Of a stretch of DNA of 53,740 bases, positions 49,982 through 53,740 are shown piece after piece. Within the stretch, counting starts at the first letter, position 1, and each line of letters opens with the position of its first letter. Below the pieces are notes generated by a model that worked only from the letters and a program-made list of their open reading frames with translations, made no database searches and was not told the DNA's origin. The translations under genes and the position numbers were made by a program. This DNA is from a bacterium (GTDB lineage Bacteria; Cyanobacteriota; Vampirovibrionia; Gastranaerophilales; JBAXKC01): assembly GCA_037137535.1 (NCBI GenBank), contig JBAXKC010000019.1, forward strand, positions 1 to 53,740. The letters are read 5' to 3'.

Positions 49982-50017
49982 TCCTCCAATAGAATAGGGA
50001 ATACCCAAATACTTTTG
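49982..50017 (+). promoter_or_regulatory. Motif C operator plus -7 box
   Basis: TCCTCCAATAGAATAGGGAAT-N7-TACTTTTG. Confidence 0.55.
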
Positions 50018-50045
50018 GTAAACAAAGTCAATAAATTAGTTGCAC

Positions 50046-50462
50046 ATGAGAAGTTCTCAAATAATTTCCGAGCCACCTAAAATTATAGTGAATAAAGACA
50101 CCCTCAGAAAGATCAAAAATAGCCTATATGATGAAAGGGTAACCATCATTCATTGTACTTATGTAGCAAAGCAAAAATTTATTAATGGAGGTTGGGTAAA
50201 TATTTATCCCTCTACATACTTGATGAATCCGGTTGATAGAAATCAATTAAAGTTGCAACATGCAGTTAATATTCCTTTGGCTCCATCAAAACATTACTTT
50301 AATAAGCCAGGGGATGTCAAAAAATTTATCCTGTATTTTCCACCCATCCCAAGGCACTGGAAAATCTTTCACTTGTTAGAAGAAACGAATGATAATAGTG
50401 GCTTTACAGCTTGTAATTTGGAGGGTAACAACTCTGGCATTTATGAAGTATTTTTAGAGTAG
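50046..50462 (+). CDS. Hypothetical protein
   Basis: ORF divergent from WYL3. Confidence 0.65.
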   Translation: MRSSQIISEPPKIIVNKDTLRKIKNSLYDERVTIIHCTYVAKQKFINGGWVNIYPSTYLMNPVDRNQLKLQHAVNIPLAPSKHYFNKPGDVKKFILYFPPIPRHWKIFHLLEETNDNSGFTACNLEGNNSGIYEVFLE

Positions 50463-50510
50463 TTAGCCTATCCTTCTAAAATTTTTAAAATATCCCTAAA
50501 ACTTGATTTT

Positions 50511-51785
50511 ATGAACGATATCATTTGTCCAAATTGTAAAAAAGTATTTAAAGTTGATGAATCTGGATTTGCAGATATTCTTAAGCAAGTAAGAGACCAT
50601 CAGTTCGATGAAGAAGTACAAAAGAGATTGCTTCTTGCTGAACAAGATAAGGAAAGTGCAGTTAAGTTGGCTGTGGCAAATCTGAAAAATACATTGCTAG
50701 AGGATATATCTAAAAAAGATACCGAAATAGCAGCATTAAAATCTAAGAACGAACGTGAACTTTCTACCCAGTTAGCACAGAAAGAAGCAGAGATTGCAGA
50801 TTTGAAATCCAAAATTGATTTAGCAGAGATTCAAAAAAAACTCTCCGTATCTGAAGCAACCAAAGAAATTGAAAAAGAACGAAATGAGCTGGCTAGTAAT
50901 CTAATGAATAAAGAAACCGAAAAACAATTACTAGAAAAATCATTGAACGAGAAATTTACTGCAGCCCTTAAGACAAAAGACGATATCATTAGGATGAAAG
51001 ATGAAGAAATTGCGCTGCGTAAAGACATGAAAATTAAGCTTTCAACCAAAATGATTGGCGAAACACTTGAACAACATTGTGAAACAGAATTCAATAAAAT
51101 TCGGGCTACTGCTTTTCCAAAAGCGTACTTCGAAAAAGACAATGATTCAAAGACAGGTAGTAAGGGAGATTTCATTTATAGAGAAACAGATGAAGCAGGT
51201 AATGAAATTATTTCAATCATGTTTGAAATGAAAAATGAAGGCGATGAAACTTCAAGCAAAAAAAGAAATGAAGATTTCTTCAAAGAATTAGATAAGGATA
51301 GAACGGAGAAGAAATGTGAATATGCAGTTCTAGTGACATTATTGGAAGCTGATAGTGAATTATATAATGTAGGTATTGTTGATGTATCCTATAAATATGA
51401 AAAAATGTATGTTGTACGCCCACAATTTTTTATCCCCATAATTACGATTTTGCGTAATGCTGCCATGAATTCAATGAAAGCAAAAACAGAATTAGCTATT
51501 GTCAAAAGTCAAAATATTGATATAACAAATTTCGAAGAAAGTATTAATGCTTTTAAAATGAGTTTTGCAAAAAACTATGACTTAGCAAGTCGACAATTTA
51601 AAACTGCTATTGAAGAAATAGATAAGACGATGGATCACCTTCAAAAAACGAAAGATTCTCTTCTGGCGTCCGTAAATAATTTGCGACTAGCGAACAATAA
51701 AGCTGAAGATTTAACCATCAAAAAATTAACTCGTGGCAATCCAACTATGACTTCAAAATTCGAAGATTTAAAAAAAAGCATCTGA
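50511..51785 (+). CDS. DUF2130 domain coiled-coil protein (RmuC-like nuclease fold)
   Basis: ICPNC, long coiled coil, [18 protein letters not shown]...MFEMKNE. Confidence 0.88.
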   Translation: MNDIICPNCKKVFKVDESGFADILKQVRDHQFDEEVQKRLLLAEQDKESAVKLAVANLKNTLLEDISKKDTEIAALKSKNERELSTQLAQKEAEIADLKSKIDLAEIQKKLSVSEATKEIEKERNELASNLMNKETEKQLLEKSLNEKFTAALKTKDDIIRMKDEEIALRKDMKIKLSTKMIGETLEQHCETEFNKIRATAFPKAYFEKDNDSKTGSKGDFIYRETDEAGNEIISIMFEMKNEGDETSSKKRNEDFFKELDKDRTEKKCEYAVLVTLLEADSELYNVGIVDVSYKYEKMYVVRPQFFIPIITILRNAAMNSMKAKTELAIVKSQNIDITNFEESINAFKMSFAKNYDLASRQFKTAIEEIDKTMDHLQKTKDSLLASVNNLRLANNKAEDLTIKKLTRGNPTMTSKFEDLKKSI

Positions 51786-52192
51786 ATAAATAAAGTATGA
51801 ATGGCGCAGTTAAAATTAAGTAAAAAACATATTTATTCAAGTGAACCTACAATTCAACTAAACTGGATATTTCGAAATACTTAATTTTTTGATTATCATA
51901 AAACATTTGTGGGGAAAGGATTCGGCTAACATTAAATGTTTATATAGGTGCTTGGGGATTGAATCAAATACATGGTTGCATAAATAATACAACGAATACA
52001 ATTTATAGTTCAAGAATAATGATAGATATATATTATCGTGAGTGGGTTCAAAAATTTCACATACAATATGAAAGCATTTCTATTATATTTTATAAACCAG
52101 AATATCACAATGATATTTTATTTAAATGAATATGGGACTAATCTAAGTTTTCTTTGAATTAAGCAATTAGACGAAAAAACAATTTCGGTTTT

Positions 52193-53050
52193 ATGAATAA
52201 AATAAATGATCTGATTAAAGAGGAACTACTTAAGAAATATGTAGAGGAAAGTAAAAGAATGGATTTGAAAGACAATGAGGCAGATTTGAAAGAATTGCTT
52301 CAAATAATATTTGAGGCTTCATGTGCTATCCAAAACTTAAAATTAGGAAAAGATAAAATTGAGAAATTAAGGGTTGCATTTATTGGAAATGAGGTTACTC
52401 AAAATGGAATCACAAATCTTGATCTGTTTTATTTTGAAGTAAATTTTGGATTTGTTTTGAAATTTAAAAAAGAAACTCCTAAGGGTGGATTTTATAGAGA
52501 TTTAAGATACGAAGCATGTGATCAGAAAGATTGGGTATTAAATAACAATCTCAGTTGGGGTGTTGATATTGAAAATAAATTTAGAAAAGAGGATAGATGG
52601 GATTTTTCGCTTGATGGAAATCTAGTTTGTTTTCGAAATAACTATTTAAGTTGTCAAATTTTTGAAGTGGAATGGTTAGACTTAAAAGTAATTGAAAAGT
52701 ACCAAAAAATGAATTTGTACAATAAAATCACATTACTAATCAGACAACAATTATTGAAGCGATTGTGTAAAATAATTAAACCGGGATCAACATATACTTA
52801 TTATGAGGGGTTTGAATCTGATTTCAAAAAAGAACACGCAATTAATTTAATAATTGTTAGAAGAGGCGAATTTAATGGAGGTGGAGTCATCCGATTAACT
52901 CCAGATGGAGAAAGTATTGCTTGGATTTATAATCATACTCTTGGATGGCCATGTAGTTGGGATTTCGATTCTATAGGAAATTATGCTTTATGTAGGGTGG
53001 AATATGATGATTATATTACTTTTAAAATTGAAATTTTAGACTTACACTAA
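52193..53050 (+). CDS. Hypothetical protein
   Basis: 285-aa ORF. Confidence 0.65.
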   Translation: MNKINDLIKEELLKKYVEESKRMDLKDNEADLKELLQIIFEASCAIQNLKLGKDKIEKLRVAFIGNEVTQNGITNLDLFYFEVNFGFVLKFKKETPKGGFYRDLRYEACDQKDWVLNNNLSWGVDIENKFRKEDRWDFSLDGNLVCFRNNYLSCQIFEVEWLDLKVIEKYQKMNLYNKITLLIRQQLLKRLCKIIKPGSTYTYYEGFESDFKKEHAINLIIVRRGEFNGGGVIRLTPDGESIAWIYNHTLGWPCSWDFDSIGNYALCRVEYDDYITFKIEILDLH

Positions 53051-53062
53051 ATAACAAAAAAT

Positions 53063-53533
53063 ATGATATCAAGGGCACCAAAACAATTAGGAGACTTTGG
53101 GGAAGGTTTAGTAAACTATGTTTTAATTAAAAAGAAACATGAGGTTGCTTATGTAGATCATGTTGGCGCTGATTTAATATCTACTTTTAAAAATCAAAGG
53201 TTTGCTATTTCAGTCAAAACACGTTTCTTTAAAAGTGGTTCTAAAGAAAGTAAAATGTTTACGATTGAGGATTCGCATATTGAAAAATTAGAAGAGTTTT
53301 CTAAACTATTTGGGATGAAATCTATTTTTTCTTTAGTAGTGTGTCTTTCGGATATCAAAAAAATATATGTCATAATTATTCCTGTCAATTTGATTCGCGG
53401 CAATTTAAAGAAAAACAAAAATGGGTACTCTATAAGATTTAATGAAAAAGATATTATTAGCTACAGGAAAAATAAATCTTTTGACATTTCTGAGTGGGAA
53501 AATGAAATGATCAAAGATTGGGAATTTATTTAA
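53063..53533 (+). CDS. Small PD-(D/E)XK nuclease-like protein
   Basis: GDFGE...GADLI...ISVKT. Confidence 0.65.
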   Translation: MISRAPKQLGDFGEGLVNYVLIKKKHEVAYVDHVGADLISTFKNQRFAISVKTRFFKSGSKESKMFTIEDSHIEKLEEFSKLFGMKSIFSLVVCLSDIKKIYVIIIPVNLIRGNLKKNKNGYSIRFNEKDIISYRKNKSFDISEWENEMIKDWEFI

Positions 53534-53561
53534 ATTTGGATTACTTTTTTGATATGTACTT

Positions 53562-53740
53562 ATGAAGAAAATTAAAACCGATAATTTATTACATTCACTA
53601 GCAAATGAGCAAAAAAATAAAATATCTAACGGAAGAACACAAAAAGAATTCCGAAGCAGCAATAAAATACATAGCCGAGCAGAAGAAGCATCCACTTTCA
53701 TTAAAAGACGCATTGATACAACAAGAGAAAAACAGCAAGG
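53562..53740 (+). CDS. Partial ORF running off the window
   Basis: ATG at 53562 (MKKIKTDN...), open to the window end. Confidence 0.45.
   Translation, partial: MKKIKTDNLLHSLANEQKNKISNGRTQKEFRSSNKIHSRAEEASTFIKRRIDTTREKQQ

Noticed and set aside
51923-52085. CGGCTAAC... possible fourth attC-like element
   Set aside because: Only weak arm complementarity and no clear GTT end; cannot be supported by eye.
1133-53713. Short antisense or overlapping ORFs in the track (e.g. 1133-1393, 2540-2746, 12117-12428, 35418-35816, 42989-43279, 53405-53713)
   Set aside because: Shadows of longer, motif-bearing genes; no recognisable motifs.

Overview
AT-rich accessory island from a Bacteroidota genome, inferred from TAnnTTTG -7 promoter boxes and the integrase type. 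No housekeeping genes, rRNA, tRNA or CRISPR array were seen. The left end encodes a Bacteroidetes-type tyrosine integrase followed by defence-like cassettes: 4TM protein + large membrane-anchored protein + alpha/beta-hydrolase, an RloC-like SMC/ABC ATPase, and RES, Mrr-like, HNH and PD-(D/E)XK proteins. Several of these cassettes are separated by degenerate attC-like inverted repeats. The middle holds two AAA-ATPase/WYL operons and a ~14 kb co-directional block (Cas4-like/DUF2779 nuclease, MORC-ATPase/Z1/DUF4420/AIPR = Mza-like, Vsr, McrBC, putative REase) that converges on an HTH-Dcm-second C5-MTase operon. The right part has a GIY-YIG nuclease, a truncated ATE-like gene with an IS21-like end, an HTH/RteC-like module, a third WYL and DUF2130. 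Two non-obvious observations stand out. (1) An exactly duplicated 127-bp promoter+leader folds into a minimal SAM-I-family aptamer core with the SAM-pocket nucleotides retained, yet it precedes non-metabolic orphan genes. (2) Three different 19-21 bp operator-like motifs each lie at a near-fixed distance from -7 boxes and cluster around one of the three WYL genes, suggesting three parallel WYL regulons, one of which covers both riboswitch-like leaders and the restriction block. All family assignments come from reading motifs by eye; no database search was run.
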